NCBI GenBank assembly: GCA_964016885.1
Contig: OZ024742.1
Coordinates: forward strand, 23,064,001 to 23,128,000
Origin: Eledone cirrhosa
Taxonomy: Eukaryota
Length of the DNA stretch: 64,000 bases
Direction: 5' to 3'
Below the pieces are notes generated by a model that searched no databases, was not told the origin of the DNA, and saw only the letters and a program-made list of their open reading frames with translations. Below, piece by piece: positions 13,856 through 26,721 of the stretch (position 1 is the first letter of the stretch; each line of letters starts with the position of its first letter). Position numbers and translations under genes: made by a program.

Positions 13856-14271
13856 GTATGATGTGGAAAATATTCCATCGGCTAAGCCCAAATGATGTTG
13901 GCATCACCTTTAGTGTACACCCAAGGCTTAGGCCCCGTGCTATCCGTCCACGACAAACATCGCACTCGCATCTCATAACAACAATACCGCACAATTATTT
14001 CACCTCAATTGGCCCCTACACTCTTTAACATTACACCGAAACACATCAAAGCAGAGACAGACCCCATCAAGTTAAAGAAGTCTATGGATAAATTCCTTCA
14101 AGAAATCCCGGATAAGCCTCCTACACCCGGATATGCCTGCGTAAACAATAACTCTCTTCTCCATTGGGCCATGGTGCCCAAACACTGATTTGTAAGACTT
14201 CGCCAGGTGGTGCTATTAAGTTAGTCATGGCCTGGGCCAATACTGGCCGAAACCTATCAAAGTTATCAAAG

Positions 14272-14272
<1 letters not shown>
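13856..14272 (+). mobile_element. 3' fragment of the same CR1-type LINE, opposite orientation
   Basis: WKIFHRLSPNDVGITFSVHP matches the C-terminus of the 10550-11353 ORF. Ends in TATCAAAGT repeats. Confidence 0.9.
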
Positions 14273-14326
<54 letters not shown>

Positions 14327-14332
14327 GAGAGA

Positions 14333-14406
<74 letters not shown>

Positions 14407-14709
14407 TACTAAAACGGTTGTGTCCAATCCGTACGTAGAACTCAATGTAATCCAAATATCATGAAAAGAGAAGATGCATTCAAAACTTTTCGATGAAAAT
14501 CACAGGAAAACAGAGTCAAGATAAATTATTTCTGATGACAGCATATATATGTGAAGGTATGTATATTTCCTCTGATAGTTTGTCATTTTTTTACATAGAT
14601 CTATATGATATACATACCAACACAGATATATATCCTTGAAACAATCGTAAAATGATCAATTTTTTAATATAAGGAACTTGTTCTTTGTTTTTATTCATTG
14701 TTTTTATTA

Positions 14710-14742
<33 letters not shown>

Positions 14743-14749
<7 letters not shown>

Positions 14750-15071
14750 TAAAATAACAGATTAAAGTTTAAGCAAAGAATCGCTGCTTTCACCTTTAAC
14801 GTTCAATCTGCCTGGGAACGTTTCAACGAACCAAAGTATCGTCTTCATGTCTTCCTCCGGCTGCAACGTTTTTTTGAAATCTTCACCACTTCTGCATTCA
14901 CAGATTGACTTTGTTAGTTTCAGAAGATCCCGTTAAGGGAGAAAGCAGCGATTTTTTGCTTAAATTTTAATCTGTTCTTTTAAAAAATATTTGCTCTACG
15001 GTTCTATATATTTAATATATATTTATCCTTATCGAGCCCTCTTTGGATTTTAGTCTTCAAATTTATTATTA

Positions 15072-15076
<5 letters not shown>
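14743..15076 (+). mobile_element. Family G fold-back element with a variant hammerhead (14916-14966)
   Basis: A ~58-bp inverted arm, then AGTTT CAGAAGA TCCC GTTAA GGGA GAAA GCA..TGC TT AAATT. (TA)n on both sides. Confidence 0.75.
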
Positions 15077-15129
<53 letters not shown>

Positions 15130-15310
15130 TATGTGCCGATGATTGTATAACCATAGTCTCAATGTGTTTGGCCTTTAACGTATGTTGTAACTCTGGTTTA
15201 TCTGAATCATTGAGCGCTTTCCACACATCTCGGATGTTGTTTTTCGTTAATACCTAAGCCGAAATATGATTCTCGCTAATTTATATTTATATATATATAT
15301 ATATATATAC

Positions 15311-15366
<56 letters not shown>

Positions 15367-15399
15367 TGATATATATATATATATGATTTATTTATGTTC

Positions 15400-17095
15400 A
15401 TACAGGGAACATACACATATAATACTACATATATACATGCATGTATAGATACATATATAATACATACACACAAAATACTACATATATACATGCATGTATA
15501 AATACATATATAATACATACACACAAAATACTACATATATACATGCATGTATAAATACATATATAATACATACACACAAAATACGTACATGCATATATAT
15601 ATATATATACATGCATACAAAACTACAGACACAGACATTTGCATACATACATACATACACACTTACATACATTCATACATACTTGCACACTTACATACAG
15701 TCGTACAAACATACACACATACATACAGTCATACATACATGCACACATACATACAGTCATACATACATGCACACATACATGGTGGCTGCCAACTCGTTTT
15801 CGCGTACGGCCACTACTTTATAACCATGTAGGAGAACCCCTACCGATGCGCTGAACGAGTGTGACTTTTTAGTCCAGCCAACGACTTGAAAACTCTGGTA
15901 CAAACACTACAATTGTGACAATTATTGACACATAGTGCTGGGCCCATGGTACCATGTGACGACAAGTGCAGAGAGATTTCCAGATATAAAGCAATGCCTG
16001 TGCCGTGAAGCTTTTATAGTGAGCAAAGGCACTGCACAAAGCCAGTCCCACTCTCTTAACCTAGATGATATTTACCAAAAAGAAGAACCATTCAACATCA
16101 TTGGATACCATCAGGGTTGCATGTGTTATATCAGAGTTTTCCTTCTCCTAGAATTCTGCCTTGACAAAGGCTAAGGGTTCATCTCTCCCGGTGATTTTGG
16201 ATGGCCATTGACTCTTAAGAGCTCCTTTGCCCTTTGACAGGTTTTGTTTTTAGTCCTGCAGAATGTCCAAAGTCACCCTCCTCACCAAGAAACCTTGGTG
16301 GGGTTGCCAGTTTAGTCGCCAACGACCCGACCATGAGACAGGTTGTACTGGGATACATGTTACCAGTAGCACCAACTGGTGACCTGACATAAATATATAT
16401 ATACATACATACATACATACAGTCATACATACACACATACATACAGTCATACATACATACAGTCATACATACATACATACATGCATACATACATACATAC
16501 ATACATACATACACACACACATACATACAGTCATACATACATACATACATACACACATACATACAGTCATACATACATACAGACATACAATCATACATAC
16601 ATACAGTCATACATACATACATACAGCCATACATACATACAGTCATACATACATACATATATACATACAGTCATACATGCATACACACATACATACAGCC
16701 ATACATACATACACACATACATACAGTCATATATACATACATACAGTCATACATACATACAGTCATACATACATACACACATACATACAGTCATACATAC
16801 ATACACACATACATACAGTCATACATACACACATAATACAGTCATACATACATACACACATACATAGTCATACATACATACACACATACATACAGTCATA
16901 CATACATACACACTTACATACAGTCATACATACATACACACTTACATACAGTCATACATACATACAGTCATACGTACATACACACTTACATGCAGTCATA
17001 CATACATACACACATACATACATACACACATACATACAGTCATACATACATACACACATACATACAGTCATACATACATACACACATACATATAT
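15400..17095. repeat. Degenerate (CATA)n/CAGT satellite-like tract interrupted at 15781-16390
   Basis: Directly visible. Confidence 0.9.
15781..16390 (-). mobile_element. Probable 5' region of an RTE-like non-LTR element
   Basis: GC-richer insert containing TCTAGGAGAAGGAAAACTCTG and GTCGTTGGCGACTAA, motifs I recall from RTE-type 5' UTRs. Confidence 0.4.
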
Positions 17096-17391
17096 ATAAA
17101 TTGTTGCTCTTGGTCCTCAATCGGTTTTGAGATGCGTTTTCCAATTTGGGGAACAAAGAAACAACCTGCTTCTGAAATGTATGTGCAATTAACTGAGCAC
17201 CCCATAGCCATGTACAATTAATGTAGTTCTCAGGGAGATTCAATCTAACAATGCTTGTCACATGGCTAGCTGTTTGAATTACATGTACAACTGAATATTG
17301 CCAGCTTAGCGAATTAGAAACCTTTTGTAATAGAAAGTGAGTTGCTCCCTGATACAACTTGCCACCGATAATTGAAATTATGATCTTTTTC

Positions 17392-17500
17392 TCAGGGAGA
17401 GATTTAATAGGGGCCAGAGGGGTCAATTTCCCCTGGCCCTCTCCAGTGGGTGCCATATCAGCGACAGCCGTAGCAATTTATTTGTGCCCTCAGCTGGGCT
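17392..17500 (+). repeat. CAGGG-ended interspersed repeat (MITE-like); related segments at 23009-23345 and 56750-56880
   Basis: Shared CCGTAGCAATTTATTTGTG.CCT segment and CAGGG(G/C/A)..GATTT starts. Confidence 0.55.
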
Positions 17501-19160
17501 TTTAATTTTTAGGATGGTTAGAAATTTAGAATTTAATACCTGTATGTATAACTTTTCAATTCCAATTCCATTCACCAAACTCACTGTGATATGTAAAATT
17601 GTGGGTTTTGTCGTGTTTTCTAATATTTCATGTGTGATCAAGTAGCCCCCCCCCCCCCCCCCACCCCCCCCAAAAAAAAACTGAAGAGCCCGTTTCCCCC
17701 CAAGGCTAAATAATGCAAAATGGATGGTAAGATGAAGGCAACGAAAAAGCTTGTAATCCTTTATGTTGCTGTGTAATCTCCCCAGTTATCATTTATCTGT
17801 TTTTTCGTATTGCCCTTCTTGTTATTTAGCTGCAGATCAAACAAGGCTATATACAAACTCATTCATGTTTTGACCAACTTGCGATTTTCTATATCAGCAT
17901 CAAGTTATATTGTTAAACTGTCCTTCCTGATTCTCGACTGTAAACTATTGTTGTAGGAATTTTGGCTACTATTTCTAATATTCAAGTTTTGACTTCCTTA
18001 TCATTCGCTGTATCTCAAACTGCACTCTTCAATCTGTCCCTCATAATTTTAGAGGGTATCACCTGACTGCTATGTCTAGTGTAAATAAAACTACCACAAA
18101 GCAGCGATCACTTCGGCACGTTTTGTGATTTGTATGTGCTACGGTTTAGTGTGCTATTCTGTGTCAATGTGTGAACATTCACAGCTAGATCAATTGGGCA
18201 GTTGAGGAATAAGTGAGTTTGGAAAGGATGGTAGTGAGAAAATTTACACCAGCCTCCCATAACGCGACCGAAAATTCTATCGATTCAGCAAACAAACTGA
18301 ATAATATATGGAATTATACAATATCACGTTGGCTGGAGATGTATGCCAAATCAAACATATTTGCCTGATATGACCGTATTAGTGAAATATAGCTCAGTTT
18401 TACGTCATGTCACAGCCAGTTCAGTTTTCCTTATTAACGGGATATATTTATAAAATATGTATAAATATCTTGTTCTAAGGAAACTTTTCATCGCATTCTA
18501 GTGTGGCTTCCTTCCTTCTTTCTATTTAATATTTCAAGCTAGCTTAGCAATATCTATTGAATGCAAAGTAATAATTCATGTTTCATTCCCGAAAAGGATA
18601 GTTTTTTTTTCAATTTCTTTCTTAATTATATATTCTATTCAATATGAAACAATATATTCAAAATTAATTATATTTCTTTAGGCTAGGAAGAAAGATAATG
18701 TGTTCTTAAGAAATTTTTAGAAAAATAGTTAAGAAGATATAAACTATTTAAAAGTAGTAGAAATAACGAATACTGTATTATATTCAACAGACAATATGTA
18801 TTTCAGGTTAACGAAGCAGAATCAGAATATATTTTCTAATATTTAATAAGGCGTTGATGATGTTACGGTGTAGTATAATTATACAAAGTACACACAACAT
18901 AAATATCAGCTTTACGCTAAAATGAACAATCAGAAACTTTGGTAAATTCTTTATTATGCAGAGTAAAGGAGAGTAATGGCCACTAGAGAGTTAATATTTG
19001 TTTGTGTTCTGGCTGGCATTTTACACAGTAGCTATACATAATACGGTACATTGGCAGATATGTTAGTGTGGTATGTGAATTCAGATACTGTTGAGAATAA
19101 CTTTGAATTTTCAAACATTCGGGGTTGATAAATAAAGTACCAGTTCTGTACTAAAGTGGA

Positions 19161-19209
19161 TTGTTGTTGTTGCTGTTGTTGTTGTTGTAGTTGTTGTTGT
19201 TGTTGGTGG

Positions 19210-19246
<37 letters not shown>

Positions 19247-19317
19247 CTTCTTCTTCTTCTTCTTCTTCTTCTTCTTCTTCTTCTTCTTCTCCTCCTCCTC
19301 CTCCTCCTCCTCCTCCC
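19161..19317. repeat. Compound (TTG)n(TTC)n(CTC)n microsatellite
   Basis: Directly visible. Confidence 0.95.
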
Positions 19318-20919
19318 TGATTGTTTTCTTTTTTTCTGTTTTGTCTTCTCTTCATTTACACTCTTTCTCACCTTCGTCTCTCTCACCAGCTCCATCTTCT
19401 ATCGTATTGTCTTTCACAGGCCCACACTTTGTCTTAATCCCTACCTCTCTGTGGCTACAGCTGGAAAGTCACCAGTATTGTCAGTTTTAAAATACTCAAG
19501 ACACAATTGCATTGTGAATTAATCGCTAAACATTAATCCACGCGTCTTCATGAACACACACATACACATGTATATATGTGTGTGTATGTTGGGGGTTCTG
19601 TGTGTGTACCATAGGTAGAAGGCACAGCTATCTATACAGTCGTTTCATGAGCAGGATGTACATTTAATTAAACAACGGGAAAATTTCACATGGAAACTGT
19701 CGGAGGTTCATACTATTCCATAAATATTGAAGTGGATACTTACTGAAACCGAACAAATTACATTTGCCTAGACAATATGTCAATGGGATCAAACAACTTT
19801 TACAATCTTTTTCCATAGTTCTGTTTTTAACTTACAAAACATGGCTAAACATTTGACTTAATTTTCCCTTTATGACAATGTGATTTGCTGTTCGATCCCA
19901 CTACACAGCCTCTAAAGGAACTGTATTCTACTATAGACTCACTTCAATCTAAAACTTATGAGATATATTGAAGGGATAGAAACTGTAATGAATTCCATCT
20001 CACTGAACCTTTTGAGTATAGTGAGAGGGTTTTAGATCTGTTTAACACCACCATTCTGTTTCAAATATTTGAAAGTTCTACAGTCTTTCGATAATGGAAT
20101 ATTTTCTGTTGCTTTCGCTCTAGTGAAACCAGCTAATTGTTGTAATCCCTTCATTCTTCCATCCACAAATCTCAGAGGCCATACATAGATAAATAAGTAA
20201 TAATGATGACATTTTCAACCCCCGAATAAGCTATATAAAACCTGATATCGCAACATCTATTTATAATTTCGATTTATTGTGGAGAAAGATTTAATTGAAA
20301 AGAGAGTACCATATATCAAGGAAACTCTAGTAAATCTCACTACTTCACTCCCGTTCATTAAAACAAGTTACTATTACCAGTAACTATTAACAGTTACAAA
20401 TATATTTATAACAGTTTATTACGTAAGTTACAAAACTTCATTTGGATAGAAAATAAGTGCGGAACTCTGAATCCTATTTCACCGTCAAGAAAATTAATTA
20501 CCAATGTCAGTGCCCCAGCATGGTCTCAGCCTGTCGGCTGGAACTCCTAATGGAGTTCAGAGGAGATGATTGGCAGAACATTTAGAACGTTGGCGAAGAT
20601 GCTTTAGGATATTTCTTCTGGTTCCCTTTTTTCTGAGTTCGAATCCTACTGTAGTTTACAAAAATGGTATATTCTGTCCGTCAACCTTTTAACACTTCAC
20701 ATGCTCCTAGGATTCATTTAGCGGAAGTTACTCTCGTACATGCATTCAGGCAAAATTCCCGGTTTAAAAATACATTCTTCCTTGTAACACCTCCCACCAG
20801 CTTAAGAATTCCTAGAAATAGCCACATGTACTGCCTTTCCCCCACTGATTAAAATGTAAAAGAAAGAAAAAAACTCAATTTGGTGATTATTAAATGTTTA
20901 TTAATTTCTATTTTATTCA

Positions 20920-21250
20920 TTGGCAGAGTCGTTAGAATGTCGGATTAAATGTTTTTCAAATATTCGCTACGGGTCATTTCTCACCGAGATCAACTTGTCC
21001 TTTCTTGGTTTCAAGGTAGATAAAAAGTACCAGTCAAGTACTGGGGCCGATTCTTCCTCTATATCTCTTTTTCAATTCATCCTTCTAATTTGCTATATTT
21101 CTCTGGAAGAAATCTGCTGCGTTTAGACCTGGAGAGGGATGTGGGCCGCTAGGGTTATAAAATGCCCAAGAAACGCCGTATATTAATGCGGTGCCCCTCC
21201 GACAGCATCAGGATTTACGGGACCTTAACATATCATACCACCTCGTGGCA
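20920..21250 (+). mobile_element. Long-tailed SINE
   Basis: A-box-like TGGCAGAGTCG, core GATAAAAAGTACCAG and the same tail as 1-300. Confidence 0.65.
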
Positions 21251-22789
21251 GTTAACATTAAACTTATCTATATGCGCCTGTGTCTGAGCATGTGAAGCTA
21301 TCTATACTTCTATGTTTGTGAATGCATACTTGCAATTAGTAGAGGGGTTACATACGCTGTTCTATACATTATGCATCGGGTTTGAAATTATCTGAAAATA
21401 TTGTTCTGGAGAGAGATGGGCTCCGCCGTATGTCACTACGGCGCCGGTACATATTTAACAGAAGTTACAGGATCATACCATACCATATTTCATTTATAGA
21501 TGATCATTGAAAGTGAAACGGATCTCTTGATATGGATCCATTGGTTTCCTATTATATAAAATCGCTTGTCGTAAACTAAACAAATTTAGCAACATATTTC
21601 GGCTATGATTTATATGTTAATGTTTGACACGCCAATACGAAGGTTTAGAAAGATATTTCTTAGGAAACTTCTTAAAAAATCATAAAATATTCGTTTGTTT
21701 GTTTTTTTGTAAATCATAGTTATATTTTTTACATTCACAATAATGTTTTTGTTAAATTTATTGCAAATGACTTACACAATTCTGTTTCCGTTGAAATAAT
21801 TTCAATAAATTAACAACTATACGAAGATATATCCCAACATAGCGATGGTTTTTCAACAAATTATGTCCAACATAATATTTTAGATAAATTTCCCGTTATT
21901 GGTTTGTTTTGCTCCTGAACTATTGAACAACGCGAGGAAAGATGGCGGGTGAATATATATAAAAAGAAATTATTATTCGAATAATGATAAAAATGTGTTA
22001 TGAATCATGTGACACCTGGCCAGTCTCCTCTTTATTTCATTGATCGCTATTTACCTGTCTGTTTATAGCCCATGCTGATTTATATCTCAATTTTCTACGA
22101 GAAATACCAATGATTTAAATGCCCTATATAGCATAGGTTGGCAAATTTACAAGCTTCATTGTTTAGAGAAAGTATACAAACGAGAGCCCTTAGCCTTTAT
22201 TGCTAGTAACATAGCAAAATATAAATATTGAATATTATATTTCATTTTAGATATAAATTGATGTGACGTCTGAGAGGAAAATATTTTGTAAATTGTAGTT
22301 GTGCACGTCAATTGTTAAATAATTCTTTGTACTTCTGTCTTGAAAATCTATAGTTCGCAGGTGAAAGTGTAAAATGGCAATTTTGGAGAATTTTATTTGA
22401 AAATGATTGAATTTGACCTCCAAAAATTAAAGGTGAAGCCCAAATGTTATAATAGTTTATCATGAGTAGCACTACACCGACATCGAAGACTGCAGATTTT
22501 AATTAACTTTTTCTGATAGTCATTGATATTGAGGACAATAACAGCTGTAGTTACCATTCATGCTTTTATTAAACAGTAGTTAAGCATCATAGGGTAAATT
22601 GATAACGTTTTTTCATGCCACAGTATAACAATAAGGCAAATGAAAGGTAACAATTGTCTCTATCAAATGTTTGTGACATATATGGTAGTCCAGGTCACCA
22701 ATTTATGTATATTAGTGATTATAATGAGACTGTCGCCATCGTATAAACAACAGTAACACTAGTTTTAATACAAACATTTCTATGTAGTC

Positions 22790-23490
22790 GACGCTACATG
22801 GCCCAAAGTTTAAGAAGTTCGCTTTGAAATTATTAGGTTCCGGGTTCGATCTCACTGCTTGGTATCTTTGGCAGTATCATTTAGAATAGTCTCGGGTCGT
22901 CCCATGTCCTGTGAGGGGAAACTATGTAGACAGATACTGTTTGGAAGTTCGTTGCATGAACTGTACCTGTACTTCAAAGGGCCAGCCTTTTCAGAAACTG
23001 TCTCACACTCAGGGCCAGATTTAGACTTAGCGGGTCTGGGGCACTTCAGATTTGCGGGGCCACCTCATACACAACATTTCAGAATACACAGAAAGCACTA
23101 AATTTTATTTATGAAAGTCAGCTTGGTGCAAGTAATTGGAATTGAAAACATATAAATACAGGTATTAAGGAAATTTGATGAATTTTGCCACAGTAAGGAC
23201 ATTAAATATTTTTTCTTAAAAATATAATTCTCGTGAAAGAGATAGAACTAAAAATCCCAACAGAGGGCACAAATAAATTGCTACGGTTATTACTGATTGG
23301 CCTAAAACCATTGCCCCCTTTGTCACCCACCGCCAGTAAATTCTTCCTTGGTCACCTTGTCTCACTGGGAATCACGTTGAGGTTACATTTGGAATGCTCA
23401 GCCACTTATACGTTAATTTCATAAACAGTCTCTTTCATTGATCAGGAAATGGAATACTATTTGTGAAAATCGATGGAAGTTCATCGATCG
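22790..23490 (+). mobile_element. tRNA-derived SINE interrupted by the CAGGG repeat
   Basis: TGGCCCAAAGT and GGTTCGATCTC are A/B-box-like. A diverged ~50-bp duplication (22712/23518) flanks it. Confidence 0.5.
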
Positions 23491-23674
23491 ATCGATTGAT
23501 TCTCAATTTATATATGGTAGTGATTATAATGAAACATCAGCCACCGTATAAATAACAGCAATACTAGCTATTTTTATGCTGACAGTCTTATGTAAAACAC
23601 ATACACCACTAAATTCAATTACTCCGATACACTATCTGTTCTAAAAAAGATACTATTAACATACTTAATATAAT

Positions 23675-23861
23675 TGTTTTTACATTTGGCACAAGGCCAG
23701 CAATTACCCAGTCTATTACTGGTACTTTATTTTATCGACCCCGAAAGGATGAAAGGCAAAGTTAACCTCGGCGGGATATGAACTCAGAATGGCAAGGACC
23801 GTAACTCTATGCGTCAAAGCATGACGTCCGACCCTCTACCGTTACTCCCAATCCACCGCCC
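23675..23861 (-). mobile_element. tRNA-derived SINE (young)
   Basis: Same family as 3762. 19-bp TSD TTAACATACTTAATATAAT. Confidence 0.88.
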
Positions 23862-24343
23862 TTAACATACTTAATATAATGAGTATCCAACTCTAATTAG
23901 AAATACTTATACATCGTGGAATGGAAAATGTTATCTCAATAACTGATGCTCTTTTTATCAATTTGGCAATCAGTTTCGTTAGAAAGTTTGAGATGTATAA
24001 CTGTTTTATCCGTGACCACCACCACTTATTCTTCTAGCCTATCCTCCACTGGGAGCTCTCTGAAATTCACGATTATTTCGTTGGCATGTAATGGAGCATT
24101 TTATTGTTCTGCCTGGCGTAGGTATGGAGTTGTAAGTCTCGACAGAACCGTGAGGAAGGGGTGTAACCTAGTGACCTAGTCTGTTGTGCACTTGTTTTTA
24201 ACAAGGCAGAGTCCATCTGGTGTTGAGGTGTGAATGTAGTCGAATTCTTCGAGAGCGGAGAATGATAGTGAACGTGAGACAGAGACATAGAATAATCAAC
24301 CCCAGTTCTGGAAGTATATTTTTATATCCACTTTGAAATAATT

Positions 24344-24529
24344 GTTTCTACTTTTGGCACAAGGCCAGCAATTACTCAGTGCATTACTGGTACTTTATTT
24401 TATCGACCCCGTAAGGATGAAACGCAAAGTTAATCTCGACGGGATTTGAACTCAGACCTTAAAGGGATGTAACTATGCTAGAAAGCATGGCGGCCAACCC
24501 TCTACCGATACTGCCAAATACGGTGCCCT
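24344..24529 (-). mobile_element. tRNA-derived SINE (young)
   Basis: Same family. TSD TCCAC(T/C)TTGAAATAAT. Confidence 0.88.
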
Positions 24530-24951
24530 TCCACCTTGAAATAATAAAAGATAATTTATCTCGGCAAGTTATGAACACAGAGCGCCGAAATCCGAAAGGA
24601 AAAGCGCAAATTCTAATTTGAGCTTTACATACGGGTTACATACGCTGTTAATAATTATTCTATCCACCTTTCTTACAATTTTGCCAATTCTCGCCTGTTA
24701 GCTGTGGTGTATCAACGTTCTATCTTGGTAAACATTCAGATTATTCTTAATCCTACGGAATGCTGAAATAGCAGTGGATCTATGAATACACATGATTAAT
24801 CAAATGTTTAGCTAAACCAAAGAGATAGCAGATCGAAGAAGCACTTTGAAATTGGAAATCCGTGGCTACTTAGAATTAAAACTCATTAATCTCCAACCAC
24901 ATACAAAAGCCCTAGATAATGCACATCAAATATATACCTTCAATTAATGTT

Positions 24952-25750
24952 GGTTTCTAATTTTGGCACAACGTAAGTCAATTTGGGTAAGAGCAATTTT
25001 GATTAAATTGACTGAAACTTTATTTTATCGACACCACTAGATGGAAAGACGAAGTTGACATCGTCTGGATTTGAACCTAGAATATACAAAGCCAGAGCAA
25101 ATAACACAATGGCATTTTATTTGACGCTCTACCAATTCTGCCAATTCACCACCCTACATCTCCAATTAATGTTTAGAACTATTTCAATAAATATATAATT
25201 TTAATTTTAACTCTGTTATTCATAAGCTTTTTTCTCTTAGTTTCCTTATTGTGATAATATTACCTCCTATGACATTCTGAATTGAAGTTCCGCCTCTTTT
25301 CGCTTTGCCTTTCCTCCTAACGGGGTCGAGAAAATAATATAACAATAACTCATTGGACTCGATTTAATTGACTTACCCCTCCCTCATAATGGGTGGCCTT
25401 GTGCCTCAATCAAAACCCACTATTTAGGGCCGTGGATCGGCAGCATTCACAGGGCATCGGACAACATGCGTTGTGGCATATAGCTACGTCCATTTATGTT
25501 CTGAATACAAATCGCGCCGATGTTAGCTTTACCTTTCATCATTAAAAGATCGATAAACTAAAATACCAGAAATGCACTCGGGTAGATTTAATCCACTATT
25601 TTTCTCTACCAACATTGTGCCTAAATCAGAAATCATTATTATCTTCATAATAATTCTAGGCAATTTAGAGCGTTATATAAGTACTTAGAGCAATTTGTTC
25701 TGGCGATATGCATTATGAGTTCAAATCCTGCGAAGATCAATTTTTCACCT
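24952..25750. mobile_element. Cluster of older SINE copies in both orientations
   Basis: TTTATTTTATCGAC, GGGGTCGAG, CCTTTCATC..GATCGATAAA and GAGTTCAAATCC motifs. TSD CAATTAATGTT around the first copy. Confidence 0.6.
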
Positions 25751-25901
25751 CCCATCTCTCACCCCTGTGTTAAAATCATTCTTAATATTCATTTTATTGT
25801 TTATCTATTTTTCTTATACATGGAGCTTGTCAGTATCAGACCCCGTATTCCATGGCAGTGTGGACTGAGAATAAAGTTAGCTTCTTTTGCTATGCACAAA
25901 G

Positions 25902-26216
25902 AAAGAATTTGGCATATATAAATAAAGAATTTGGTATATATAAATAAAGAATTTGGTATATATAAATAAAGAATTTGGTATATATAAATAAAGAATTAGG
26001 TATATACAAATAAAGAATTAGGTATATACAAATAAAGTATTTGGCATATATAAATAAAGAATTTGGTATCTACAAATAAAGAATTTGGTATATACAAATA
26101 AAGAATTTGGTATATACAATTAAAGAATTTGGTATATATAAATAAGGAATTTGGTATATACAATTAAAGAATTTAGTATATACAAACAAATAATTTGGTA
26201 TATAGAAATAAAGAAT
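25902..26216. repeat. 22-bp minisatellite, about 14 units
   Basis: Unit AAAGAATTTGGTATATATAAAT, head to tail with no spacers. Confidence 0.95.
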
Positions 26217-26572
26217 CACATATGAAAGAAGCATACATAGAATGTAATGAAGTAACATTTTATGAGAGTTAAATGGATGTGGTGGGTGGTGGGTGACAGA
26301 CGTTGGAACAACAATTGCGAAATGAAAATATTATTGATCTAAAGAATAATATATTTATTTCCAACAATTTGCTTAAATCGAAATGAAGACCTAATATTGA
26401 CTGCAGATAAAACAATGATTATTTTAATGTAGAGAATTTATAAATATGTGTGTGTATGCATGTGTATCATTAGACGAAGATATATATACTTATGTATGTA
26501 CATGTTCACGCACAAAAACACATATACAAAATATATATGCAATTATAATGCATACAAACACGCACACACACG

Positions 26573-26614
<42 letters not shown>

Positions 26615-26650
26615 AAAGTTCTATTTAAATTGTTGGGATACAACAAGCAA

Positions 26651-26721
<71 letters not shown>

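Noticed and set aside
14225-14272. GGCC-AATACT-GGCC-GAAAC as a hammerhead
   Set aside because: No CUGANGA strand or stem I. Better explained as the LINE 3' stem-loop before its tandem tail.
15134-15280. CCGATGA..CCGAAATATG as a hammerhead
   Set aside because: No convincing stem I, II or III pairing could be found.
19032-19490. Poly-G/E/Q ORF resembling a transcription factor
   Set aside because: Compound trinucleotide microsatellite open in several frames, with no domain.
25902-26216. CRISPR-like array
   Set aside because: Units are contiguous with no unique spacers, there are no cas genes and the context is eukaryotic.
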